This document shows, piece by piece, positions 24,368 through 32,867 of a stretch of DNA of 47,978 bases (position 1 is its first letter; the number at the start of each line of letters is the position of its first letter). This stretch comes from an uncultured Acidobacteriota bacterium (GTDB lineage Bacteria; Acidobacteriota; Terriglobia; UBA7540): NCBI GenBank assembly GCA_964613505.1, contig CAZTHM010000001.1, forward strand, positions 1 to 47,978, written 5' to 3'. The notes under the pieces are model-generated. The model was not told where the DNA came from, searched no databases, and saw only the letters and a list, made by a program, of their open reading frames with translations. The translations under genes were made by a program, and so were the position numbers.

Positions 24368-25165
24368 TTACGAGGCGTAGTCAGATGGCGGGACGCCGTA
24401 CCGGCGATGGAAGGTCCTGCTGAAATGATTGATGTTCGGGAATCCGCTCTTCACCGCTGCTTCTGTAACCGATGCCCCTAGGCGCAGCAGTTTCGCTGCT
24501 TGCCGCATCCGAATCCTGACCAGGTACCGGTGCGGGGGTTCTCCCACCAACTCCGAGAAAACCCTGGCAAAGTGAAACGGGCTCATGCCGGCTTCCGCGG
24601 CCAGGGACGTCAATGAGTGAGACTCTTCCAACCGAACGGCCATGTCCATACACGCTTCTCTAATGCGGCGCGCATGAGCGCCCACACCGGATAGTTGGGG
24701 CATCCTTTCCCACCGATGTGGCCCCAGCGCGGCCGCGCAGTGAAAGGAAGCGCTTTCGATCTCCAGAGGACAGGCAGAATTCACCGCATGCATGATCCAC
24801 CGATACGCAAAGTCCGGCGCAGGGCCGGCTTGCACCTTCGGTGGAGGAATATTTCCCGGAAGCTGGCCGAGGGCATCTTCCAACACCTGTGGCGTGAAGG
24901 TGATTGTCAGGCACACATCATCAGGACAGGCGTGAAAATGACGATATCGCCGCTTCAGCCCGGGGGTTGAGACCAACACATCCCGGCGCGAGAAGGTCCA
25001 CCACTCCTTGCCCTGCATCATTTCAAACCCGCCGCGCTCGAGAAAATTAACCGTAATGTACTCGGTTCGCTCGGACTCGGGGTCCCGGTGAAAACAATGT
25101 TCTGGATGGTCGGACCGCTCGACGACCAGAGATTTCCCCTGAAAGATAGTTTTCACCCGGTTCAT
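24368..25165 (-). CDS. AraC-family transcriptional regulator
   Basis: Start MNRVKTIFQG.. (25165). C-terminal HTH pair (LTSLAAEAGMSPFHFARVFSE .. VTEAAVKSGFPNINHFSRTFHRRYG). Confidence 0.88.
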   Translation of the reverse strand: MNRVKTIFQGKSLVVERSDHPEHCFHRDPESERTEYITVNFLERGGFEMMQGKEWWTFSRRDVLVSTPGLKRRYRHFHACPDDVCLTITFTPQVLEDALGQLPGNIPPPKVQAGPAPDFAYRWIMHAVNSACPLEIESASFHCAAALGPHRWERMPQLSGVGAHARRIREACMDMAVRLEESHSLTSLAAEAGMSPFHFARVFSELVGEPPHRYLVRIRMRQAAKLLRLGASVTEAAVKSGFPNINHFSRTFHRRYGVPPSDYAS

Positions 25166-25320
25166 GACGTCAACCTCGAAATACAGCAAGAAAGTGCATG
25201 TGACAGCGTGTCTCAACACCTAAACTTGGAGATGAAGATCAATCATCCACTGGGAAGACCGCCTGCATGGTTTCACGCCTTTCACAGGTACTCCATTGGA
25301 TGATTCTAGGAGGTTTGACG

Positions 25321-25878
25321 ATGCCGACGATGAAAGGTGAGGACAAATTGCGTTTTCACGACATCCTGGCTGCTTCCGGCCGGTCGGCTGAGATCCCCGA
25401 ACCGGACGATGCCTACGGATGGCTCATCGGCAGTTGGGAACTGGATGTCTATGATTTTCAGACCGATGGCGCCGTACGCCAGAGTAAGGGGGAGGCATAC
25501 TTTAGCTGGATACTCGAAGGCCGCGCCGTGCAGGATGTCTGGATCATGCCTCGGCGTTCCGAGCGCACCGCCGGCATGACCAAGATCTGCAATCGGTACG
25601 GCACAACGCTACGCGTGTGGGATGCATCGATTCAAGCTTGGCGCGTGACCTGGATCAACCCTGTGACTGGGAGATGCGACAACCTGATCGGACGGTGGAG
25701 TGGTGACGATGTTGTCCAGGTCGGCACTCACTCCGATGGCACGCCGATTCGCTGGGTCTTCACGGATGTCGCACTTGACTCCTTCCGTTGGCTCGGTGAG
25801 ACCCTGCAGCAGGATGGGAAGACCTGGAAATTGGAAACTGAATTCCACGCCAAGAGGATGCGATCATGTCTGCCATGA
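25321..25878 (+). CDS. 'GKTW' domain protein, single-domain paralog, no signal peptide
   Basis: ATG at 25321 with AGGAGG 8 nt upstream. YGWLIGSWELDVYDF .. FRWLGETLQQDGKTWKLETEFHAKR. 13-nt overlap with phoD. Confidence 0.75.
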   Translation: MPTMKGEDKLRFHDILAASGRSAEIPEPDDAYGWLIGSWELDVYDFQTDGAVRQSKGEAYFSWILEGRAVQDVWIMPRRSERTAGMTKICNRYGTTLRVWDASIQAWRVTWINPVTGRCDNLIGRWSGDDVVQVGTHSDGTPIRWVFTDVALDSFRWLGETLQQDGKTWKLETEFHAKRMRSCLP

Positions 25879-27941
25879 ATCGCCGGCAGTTCATAGAGAG
25901 TGCCATTGCCCTTGGAGCCGCGGCTGCCTGGGGAGAAGCATTTGGAAAACCATCTCGCGTCCAGTGGCGTGAACGCCGCGATCTATTTGCCGAGGGCGTG
26001 GCCTCGGGAGATCCCGACAGTGACAGTGTGCTGCTCTGGACTCGTCGCCCCTACGGGAATGATCACGCGACAGAGACACTGACGGTCGAAGTTTCCGAAG
26101 ACCAACTCTTCCGTCGGGTCGTTGCAATAGTAAATGCCCCTGTTTCAGCGGCATCTGATTGGACCTGCCGCGTTCTGGTCGGCGGCCTGAGGCCTCGGCG
26201 GGTCTATTGGTACCGTTTCACCGATCGAGAGGGGTACGGCAGCCGGCTTGGCCGCACCATCACGGCTCCCTCCGCCAACGATCCCCGTTCTGTGCGATTC
26301 GCTTTTGTCAGTTGTCAGAACGCCAATCAGGGTGCACAGAACGCCTATCGGCGCATGATCTACGAAGATGAGCTTGCGAAGGATGACGATCGACTCGACT
26401 TCGTTTTGCACCTCGGCGACTTCATCTACGAAATGGTCTGGTACCCGGAAGACCGGCCGCAAGGAATGTATGACCGCGCTCTGCGCGATATTGTCCGCTA
26501 CAAACACGGCGAGAAGATCGGGGACTTCCACATTCCAACGACCGTTGACGATTATCGCGCCGTCTACCGCGCCTATCTCCATGATCCCGACCTGCAGGAT
26601 GCGCGCGCCCGGTGGCCGTTCGTAAACATGTGGGACAACCATGAATTCACCTGGCTCGGCTGGCAGAGCCTACAGGTATTCGAGGGTAAGACCCGACCTG
26701 CCCAGACCCAAAAAGTGGCTGCCAACCAGGTGTTCTTTGAATATCAGCCAGGAAGAATGTCCAAGCCAAGCGGGCCTGCATTGGATCGCTTCGATCCCCC
26801 GGCGGTTGTTGATGCCCCGATCACCCGCTTTGATGAGCATGGCCTGGGTCAGGAACCGAACAACCTCGCAGCGATTGCCAGCCTTAAGGGCTATCGGAAG
26901 CTTCGCTGGGGCCGCAATGTGGATCTGATCATCACCGATCAACACAGCTATCGTTCGGAGGAACCAACCGGGCGAGCAGAGGCGAAGATCTTTTCAAACA
27001 AGGACTTTCCTGAGTTGATGCCGCAGGAAGCGATGGAGATCCTGGATGCGGGACGCGCTTTTGACAACGGCCGCGCACCTTCTTCCATCCGATTTGGCGA
27101 GACGGAGGTGCCCAACTTCCGCAAGGAAGCTCCTCCACAATCGATTCTAGGCGCCGAGCAAAAGGCCTGGTTTCTGAATCAACTGAAGAATTCGAAGACC
27201 ACTTGGAAGGTATGGGGCAACACCCTGGGCACACTCGACTGGCGAGCCGACCCGCAGAACCTTCCCTCCGGATTGACCAAACCGTGGCCCGGGGCAGGTT
27301 ATGCAGGATTCGGCGGCGGAGACCATAGCTCTGCATATGTCGAGCGCAGTGAAATCTATGATTTTGTTCGCAGTAATGCGATCACCGGTTTCGTGACTGT
27401 TGCCGGCGACCGGCACAGTTTCTGGGCTGGATTGGCGGCCAAGTCGCTTCCACCCAGGTCTTTCGAGCCTGTTGGCATTGCCTTTGTGACCGGCTCTATC
27501 TCTGCTCCTGGACTGGTCGAAGCATTTGAGCACAGCTTCCCAAAGGATCATACGCTTCGGGCTCTCTACCTGGGTCAGGGGCCCAGGGACGTGACACCGC
27601 AGCCCACCATCAACCTGTTGATGCGGCACGGTGTGCAATCGTGCCTCGAGTACGCAAAAAGTGGAGACATCGCCAAGGCCCGTGCCGCTTCTAATCCAAA
27701 TCTTTCACCGCACCTGTCATTTATTGACATGGGCGGACACGGCTATGCAACTGTCCGCGCCACAAGCAAGTGGATCGAAGCTGAATTCGTCTGCATACCG
27801 CGCCCCATCAAGCGCAGTGACCGCCCAGACGGTGGTCCGTTGCTCTACCGGGTCAAGTTTCGCACTGTCGGCTGGAATAATGGCGAATTCCCGAATCTCG
27901 AAACACAAGTTCTGGAGGGCAATCCGAAGTTCTCACTTTAA
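25866..27941 (+). CDS. phoD: PhoD-family alkaline phosphatase/phosphodiesterase with Tat signal
   Basis: 691 aa. Twin-arginine NRRQFIESAIALGAAAAWG. GVASGDPDSDSVLLWTR, FVSCQN, HLGDFIYE, WDNHEF motifs. Confidence 0.92.
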   Translation: MSAMNRRQFIESAIALGAAAAWGEAFGKPSRVQWRERRDLFAEGVASGDPDSDSVLLWTRRPYGNDHATETLTVEVSEDQLFRRVVAIVNAPVSAASDWTCRVLVGGLRPRRVYWYRFTDREGYGSRLGRTITAPSANDPRSVRFAFVSCQNANQGAQNAYRRMIYEDELAKDDDRLDFVLHLGDFIYEMVWYPEDRPQGMYDRALRDIVRYKHGEKIGDFHIPTTVDDYRAVYRAYLHDPDLQDARARWPFVNMWDNHEFTWLGWQSLQVFEGKTRPAQTQKVAANQVFFEYQPGRMSKPSGPALDRFDPPAVVDAPITRFDEHGLGQEPNNLAAIASLKGYRKLRWGRNVDLIITDQHSYRSEEPTGRAEAKIFSNKDFPELMPQEAMEILDAGRAFDNGRAPSSIRFGETEVPNFRKEAPPQSILGAEQKAWFLNQLKNSKTTWKVWGNTLGTLDWRADPQNLPSGLTKPWPGAGYAGFGGGDHSSAYVERSEIYDFVRSNAITGFVTVAGDRHSFWAGLAAKSLPPRSFEPVGIAFVTGSISAPGLVEAFEHSFPKDHTLRALYLGQGPRDVTPQPTINLLMRHGVQSCLEYAKSGDIAKARAASNPNLSPHLSFIDMGGHGYATVRATSKWIEAEFVCIPRPIKRSDRPDGGPLLYRVKFRTVGWNNGEFPNLETQVLEGNPKFSL

Positions 27942-28114
27942 ACGGCGTCAACCATGGACGATACAGCGAATCATTCTTTGGATCTTTTGCCATGGATGCG
28001 TGAGGCCATGGTCCGCTGTCTGTTTTTGTCCGCTTTTTGTCCAGGCTGTGCCTTGCGATGGCCTCCGTCGCCGCTTAGAGTGAAACCGCAAATCCAGTGG
28101 CCAGGAGGCCGAAA

Positions 28115-28663
28115 ATGTCCGACACCGCATTGCTCGTAGTTGATGCCCAGGAATCCGTTCGCCATCGCCCGTACTGGACCGATGCTGAGGTGCCGGTCTT
28201 CGTACATCGGCTGCAGGCATTAATCGATGGTTGCGCCGCCCGTAAGATGCCGATCGTGCAGATTCTTCATGTCGAGGATCAGGGCGCATTTTCGTTGGCA
28301 TCGGGTTGGGTCACTGCATTCGAACCCATAAGGATCAAGCCTGACGCTGTCTTTCACAAGCGCTACCACAGTGCGCTGGCAAGCACTTCGCTTGGTCCAT
28401 GGCTCACGGAACGTGGTATTCGCCGGCTCATCGTCGCCGGGATACGCACCGAGGAATGCTGCGAGACAACTACACGCCATGCGTCGGACAGTGGATTCAC
28501 CGTGGATTTCGTAGCCGAGGCGACTCTGACCTTTCCGATAACGAACGCAAGGACTGGCCGTACGTGTAGCGCAGCTGAGATCAAGGAAAGAACGGAATTG
28601 GTGTTGTTATCCGGGGGTTTTGCAAGGATCCTCTCGGTCGAACAATTGCTGAAGGAATCATGA
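28115..28663 (+). CDS. Isochorismatase-family cysteine hydrolase
   Basis: ATG at 28115 with a GGAGG RBS. ALLVVDAQ .. LIVAGIRTEECCETT (catalytic Cys). Confidence 0.88.
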   Translation: MSDTALLVVDAQESVRHRPYWTDAEVPVFVHRLQALIDGCAARKMPIVQILHVEDQGAFSLASGWVTAFEPIRIKPDAVFHKRYHSALASTSLGPWLTERGIRRLIVAGIRTEECCETTTRHASDSGFTVDFVAEATLTFPITNARTGRTCSAAEIKERTELVLLSGGFARILSVEQLLKES

Positions 28664-29712
28664 TCAAGCCTGGTCGACAACCCGTATATTTCATGTTGCT
28701 CCCGAGAACGTTGCTCCTCGACGTCGCCGGCCCGGCAGAGGCGCTGCGCATGGCGAATCGCTACCAGAACGGGGTCCAGTTCGATTTGCATTACATCGGC
28801 CCATGTTCCGACGTGCAAACCTCGATCGGGCTGTTCCTCAAGAAACTTGCTCCCTTGCCCCGATCGCTTCCGGACGGCGCGATAATCGTGTTAGCTGGCA
28901 CGGTCGACGAACCAAGCCATTCGAGTGCCGCCTCCAACCTTAAGGAGACGAATCGCCACAACGAATCTCTGGAACGAGCCCAGTCGGCCGTAATCAAGTG
29001 GTTGTGCCGCGTCGTTCGCCCGAGCCATCGACTTGTTTTTATTTGCTCGGGTGCTTTATTGGCGGCGCGTGCCGGTTTGCTGGACCAGCGCGCATGCACG
29101 ACACACCATAGCGACTGCAAAGACCTGCGGGCTCTCGCACCAACGGCTAAGGTACTCGACAACCGAATTTTCGTAGTCGACGGCAACATCTGCACAAGCG
29201 CGGGCGTAACCGCCGGGCTCGATCTGATGTTGCACCTTATTAGTCAGATCGCCGGACCCTTATGCGCGGTGACGGTGGCACGCAACATGGTGGTCTATTT
29301 ACGACGTACCGGGGCTGACCCCCAGCTGTCTCCGTGGCTGGAAAGCCGCAATCATATCCACGAGGCAGTCCATCGCGCGCAAGACGCATTAACGGCGGAT
29401 CCTGCCCATCCATGGACTCTCGAGGAATTGGCCGCCGTCGCAAATACCAGTTCGCGTAACCTGACACGGCTCTTCGTCAAATACGCTCACGTGAATCCCC
29501 TCGAATACACCCATCGCTTGCGCATCGCAATGGCGCGGGAACTGCTCGCCAATTCCCAACTCGACATGGAGCATGTGGCAGAGCGCGCAGGGTTCGGATC
29601 GAGCCGCCAGTTGCGCCGTGTCTGGCGCAAATACAATACGCTGCCACCCAATCGTTCGCGGTATTCAGCGACAGGGGACACCGCCTATGGCGCAAGAACA
29701 CGTCTTGGCTGA
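28660..29712 (+). CDS. GlxA-family regulator (DJ-1/PfpI domain + AraC HTH)
   Basis: 350 aa. ICSGALLAARAGLL nucleophile-elbow region, plus a C-terminal AraC double HTH. ATGA overlap with the isochorismatase gene. Confidence 0.9.
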   Translation: MIKPGRQPVYFMLLPRTLLLDVAGPAEALRMANRYQNGVQFDLHYIGPCSDVQTSIGLFLKKLAPLPRSLPDGAIIVLAGTVDEPSHSSAASNLKETNRHNESLERAQSAVIKWLCRVVRPSHRLVFICSGALLAARAGLLDQRACTTHHSDCKDLRALAPTAKVLDNRIFVVDGNICTSAGVTAGLDLMLHLISQIAGPLCAVTVARNMVVYLRRTGADPQLSPWLESRNHIHEAVHRAQDALTADPAHPWTLEELAAVANTSSRNLTRLFVKYAHVNPLEYTHRLRIAMARELLANSQLDMEHVAERAGFGSSRQLRRVWRKYNTLPPNRSRYSATGDTAYGARTRLG

Positions 29713-30619
29713 AATAAGCTGCAAAACGTCGGCTTGGAACCTCAGCAGGAAACTTCCTGTTTCGGAAGGACGGCGTAATTTTCTGCGGGCGGCTGCCCTT
29801 GGCTTCGCGGGATCTTTCTTGCCGTCGGCCCACGCGGCATGGGCGACCTCCGATGCGCAATCCCGTCCACTCCTTCGAGCCCAGAGGCTTGCCTGGGCCG
29901 GCATCAGGCTCCAACTGGAGAAGGCCGCGCTCTTCCTCGATCCCCTTGTTAACCCTGATGTGTGGGGACCGGCGCTGAAGGATTCCCTTGTCGCAGTCGA
30001 CGATGTCGAAGGTGATCGATACGTACTGGTCACCCATCGCCACCCGGATCACTTTGATCCCGGAACGGTGCGCAAGGCCTTGGGTGGCACCGGCATCCTG
30101 GTATGCGCCCCAGAGGTAGCCCCGTCCGCAGCCGCCGCTGGATTCAAGGTACGTCTCGCACCGCTCTACGAGCCGGTCCTGCTCGGTGATTTCACGGCTA
30201 CAGCGGTACCCGCCGTGGATGGTTATGGTGACTCGCAAGTATCTTGGGTGGTGTCAGGAGGCGGCCGGCGGGTTATCCATGGCGGAGATACCTTGTGGCA
30301 TGGCTCCTGGTGGCACATCGGCCGGCAATTCGGGCCCTTTGACGCGGCCTTCCTCCCGATTAATGGCGCGCGCTTCGCGTGGAGAAAACCAGTGAGCGAT
30401 GTGCCCGCCGTCATGACGCCCGAACAGGCCGTAGCCGCTGCCGTAGTGCTGGGAGCTCGCCTCCTCGTTCCGATCCACTATGGGCTCGTGGGAGCAGAGG
30501 ATTACAGCGAAGTGTCGGATCCGAGAGCCGCGCTCCTTGAGGCCGCCCGCAAGCGAAATATGGCCGTGGAAATCGCGCGCCCCGGTGAATGGTTGACCTG
30601 GCATGAGCGCATCGGTTGA
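29687..30619 (+). CDS. Tat-exported MBL-fold metallo-hydrolase
   Basis: Start MAQEHV.. (29687). GRRNFLRAAALGFAGS twin-arginine signal. THRHPDHFD metal motif. Confidence 0.85.
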   Translation: MAQEHVLAEISCKTSAWNLSRKLPVSEGRRNFLRAAALGFAGSFLPSAHAAWATSDAQSRPLLRAQRLAWAGIRLQLEKAALFLDPLVNPDVWGPALKDSLVAVDDVEGDRYVLVTHRHPDHFDPGTVRKALGGTGILVCAPEVAPSAAAAGFKVRLAPLYEPVLLGDFTATAVPAVDGYGDSQVSWVVSGGGRRVIHGGDTLWHGSWWHIGRQFGPFDAAFLPINGARFAWRKPVSDVPAVMTPEQAVAAAVVLGARLLVPIHYGLVGAEDYSEVSDPRAALLEAARKRNMAVEIARPGEWLTWHERIG

Positions 30620-30620
30620 A

Positions 30621-30706
30621 GAACTCATATTGCGCCAGAGGAACTGGTGGACGTTTTCGGACCTGAATCCAAAAGTGCCCAATCCACTCTGCTAGGCTGA
30701 TTTGCG
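30621..30706 (+). repeat. Copy c3 of the dispersed element (best preserved)
   Basis: GAACTCATATTGCGCCAGAGGAACTGGTGGACGTTTTCGGACCTGAATCCAAAAGTGCCCAATCCACTCTGCTAGGCTGATTTGCG. Begins 2 nt after the MBL stop codon. Confidence 0.7.
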
Positions 30707-30944
30707 TAGTTGCGGAGGTGGCTCGCCGCCATCGCATTGCCTTGTGTTTATCCAGATCTGTTCGAAATCGTCCGATTGTGCGCGACGCGCCTTGCACTCT
30801 TCTGCACAATGACTCTTTGCAACAGACCATACGCGCGCCGGGAATTGGCTCCAAGCGCTTTATCGCGAAGGCGCAGATACTGGGCATAAAGCAGCGGTAA
30901 TCGGGCTGGAGGCGAGAAAGGGCTATCCTACGGGACTTTGTGAA

Positions 30945-31937
30945 ATGGAACCGAATCAAACTCCTCGTGTATTGAGATTTGGCGCTTTCGATGTAGATCT
31001 GCGCGCTTGCCAGTTACGCAAGCACGGCCTGAAGATCAAGCTTCAAGGCCAGACTTTCGACATCCTCAATGTTTTTTTGGAAAACCCTGGCCAGTTAGTG
31101 ACGCGTGACGACCTGCGCCGCCGCCTGTGGCCCGATGGCACATTCGTTGACTTCGGCAACAGCTTGAACACGGCAGTTAATAAGCTTCGCGAAGCGCTTG
31201 GTGACTCCGCTTCCAATCCCCGCTATGTAGAGACCCTTCCGCGCCGCGGCTATCGCTTCATCGCTTCAGTGGAGGCCGTGGAACAAGCTGCTGGGCTGCC
31301 TCGCAACGCCGTTGAGGTTGCCGAGACTCCGGGACCGTCTCTTCAGGGGCAAGCGGCCTCCACTGCCCCGCGGCCGGCCGCCCGAAATGCAAAGATGGCT
31401 AGCCGGATCCTTAGGGTCGTCGTAGCGGCCCTCGTCTTTACTGTCCTCATCACGGCCGGCCATTTTGCTCTCAAGCGTTCCGACTCATCCGCGGCAACCG
31501 CGAAGGGAAAAATCATGCTGGCCATCCTGCCCTTCCAGAACATCAGCGGCGATCCCGGCCAGGACTACATCAGCGATGGACTCACGGAAGAATTGATCAC
31601 ACAACTCGGGCGCCTCCAGCCCGATCGCCTGGGCGTAATTGCGCGCTCCTCCGTGGCTCACTACAAGCACTCCGACAAATCCATTGATCAGATTGGGCGC
31701 GAGCTTGGCGTGCACTATGCCCTCGAAGGCAGCGTCCGCCGCAGCGGCGACCGCATCCGCATCACCGCGCAACTCGTTCAGGTCCGCGATCAAACCCATC
31801 TGTGGGCCGAAACCTATGAGCGCGACGTCAAAGACATTCTGAATATTCAGCAGGAGGTGGCCGCCCACATCGCCCAAGCCCTGGCCACCGAGCTTCTGCC
31901 TATCCGCTCGTCCTTCCACTCCGGGGTGATCAATTGA
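30945..31937 (+). CDS. CadC/ToxR-like membrane-tethered winged-helix (OmpR/PhoB-type) transcriptional regulator
   Basis: N-terminal FGAFDVDLRACQLRKHG..VETLPRRGYRF DNA-binding domain. One TM helix (ILRVVVAALVFTVLITAG). TolB-N-like periplasmic domain. Confidence 0.85.
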   Translation: MEPNQTPRVLRFGAFDVDLRACQLRKHGLKIKLQGQTFDILNVFLENPGQLVTRDDLRRRLWPDGTFVDFGNSLNTAVNKLREALGDSASNPRYVETLPRRGYRFIASVEAVEQAAGLPRNAVEVAETPGPSLQGQAASTAPRPAARNAKMASRILRVVVAALVFTVLITAGHFALKRSDSSAATAKGKIMLAILPFQNISGDPGQDYISDGLTEELITQLGRLQPDRLGVIARSSVAHYKHSDKSIDQIGRELGVHYALEGSVRRSGDRIRITAQLVQVRDQTHLWAETYERDVKDILNIQQEVAAHIAQALATELLPIRSSFHSGVIN

Positions 31938-32746
31938 AAAGCGCTCTTAAGGTAGGCGTTGCGCTGATTCTGCCCCTTTCCATTTTGGGTATGTTTCACG
32001 GCGGGGAATCGAAACTGCAAACATCAGCAGCAGAAACAAAACGCGAGCCTGTAATTGTGGAATTATTCACGTCGGAGGGTTGTTTTACGTGCCCTCCAGC
32101 GGACGCACTTCTCGCACGGTTGGAGGATCAGCAACCCGTTGCGGGTGCGGAGGTCATCGCACTTGAGCTGCACGTTGATTACTGGAATCGGCAAGGCTGG
32201 GTCGATCCCTACTCTGCGCCGGAATGGACCCTGCGACAGCAGGAGTACGTCGATTCCTTCAAGGGCGAAACAGCGTATACGCCGCAGATGGTCGTAGACG
32301 GCCGTGTCGAGTTTCTCGGAAGCCGCATCCGCGAAGCTATGGCAGCGATTGAGGAAGCATCGCGCGGTCCGAAAGCGAGCATTGTCATCGTTCCGGCCAC
32401 ATCGGGCCAGAATCGCACCTCGCAATTCACAGTGAGCGTAGAAAAGGTGGCAAGCGCAACGGACAAGGACACCGCGGAGGTCTGGCTGGCTCTTACCGAA
32501 AAGGGCCTGTATTCCGCGGTGAATCGCGGCGAGAATGCGGGAAAAGAAATCCACCACGCCGCGATTGTTCGCGTAATGCGCAAGATTGGCGCTGTGGGCG
32601 GGAAATCTCCGTTGCCCTTCACTTGCAACACAAGCCTGAAACTGAAGCCGGCATGGAAACTGGAAAACCTCCGCGTGGTCGCTTTTGTACAAGAGAAAAA
32701 GAGCAGGCGCATCCTCGGTGCGGCCTCGCTGAAAATTGTGAACTAG
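31934..32746 (+). CDS. DUF1223 (thioredoxin-like) secreted protein
   Basis: ELFTSEGCFTCPPAD signature. Signal peptide. TTG start overlapping the regulator stop (TTGA). Alternative ATG at 31991. Confidence 0.82.
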   Translation: MKSALKVGVALILPLSILGMFHGGESKLQTSAAETKREPVIVELFTSEGCFTCPPADALLARLEDQQPVAGAEVIALELHVDYWNRQGWVDPYSAPEWTLRQQEYVDSFKGETAYTPQMVVDGRVEFLGSRIREAMAAIEEASRGPKASIVIVPATSGQNRTSQFTVSVEKVASATDKDTAEVWLALTEKGLYSAVNRGENAGKEIHHAAIVRVMRKIGAVGGKSPLPFTCNTSLKLKPAWKLENLRVVAFVQEKKSRRILGAASLKIVN

Positions 32747-32782
32747 AACAACCCGGAGGCCAGGGCTGTTTCACTTTGGAAT

Positions 32783-32845
32783 TGGGAATCGAGTAGGCCG
32801 TCCAGGATTCAGGTCCGAAAATGTCCACTGTTTCCTTTGCGGTTC
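32783..32845 (-). repeat. Copy c2 of the dispersed element (inner part diverged)
   Basis: Minus-strand reading: GAACCGCAAAGGAAACAGTGGACATTTTCGGACCTGAATCCTGGACGGCCTACTCGATTCCCA. 23 of 24 identical to c3 over the core. Confidence 0.65.
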
Positions 32846-32867
32846 GTCTATCTTGATAAGGTGCGAT

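Noticed and set aside
28023-28042. Direct repeat TTTTTGTCC x2 (11-nt phasing) and three CCATGG sites upstream of the isochorismatase-GlxA-MBL genes.
   Set aside because: These are short, low-information motifs. A GlxA site is possible but not supportable from the sequence alone.
30775-30810. 7-bp inverted repeat ATTGTGC-N22-GCACAAT upstream of the CadC-like regulator.
   Set aside because: It is too short and too widely spaced to distinguish from chance.
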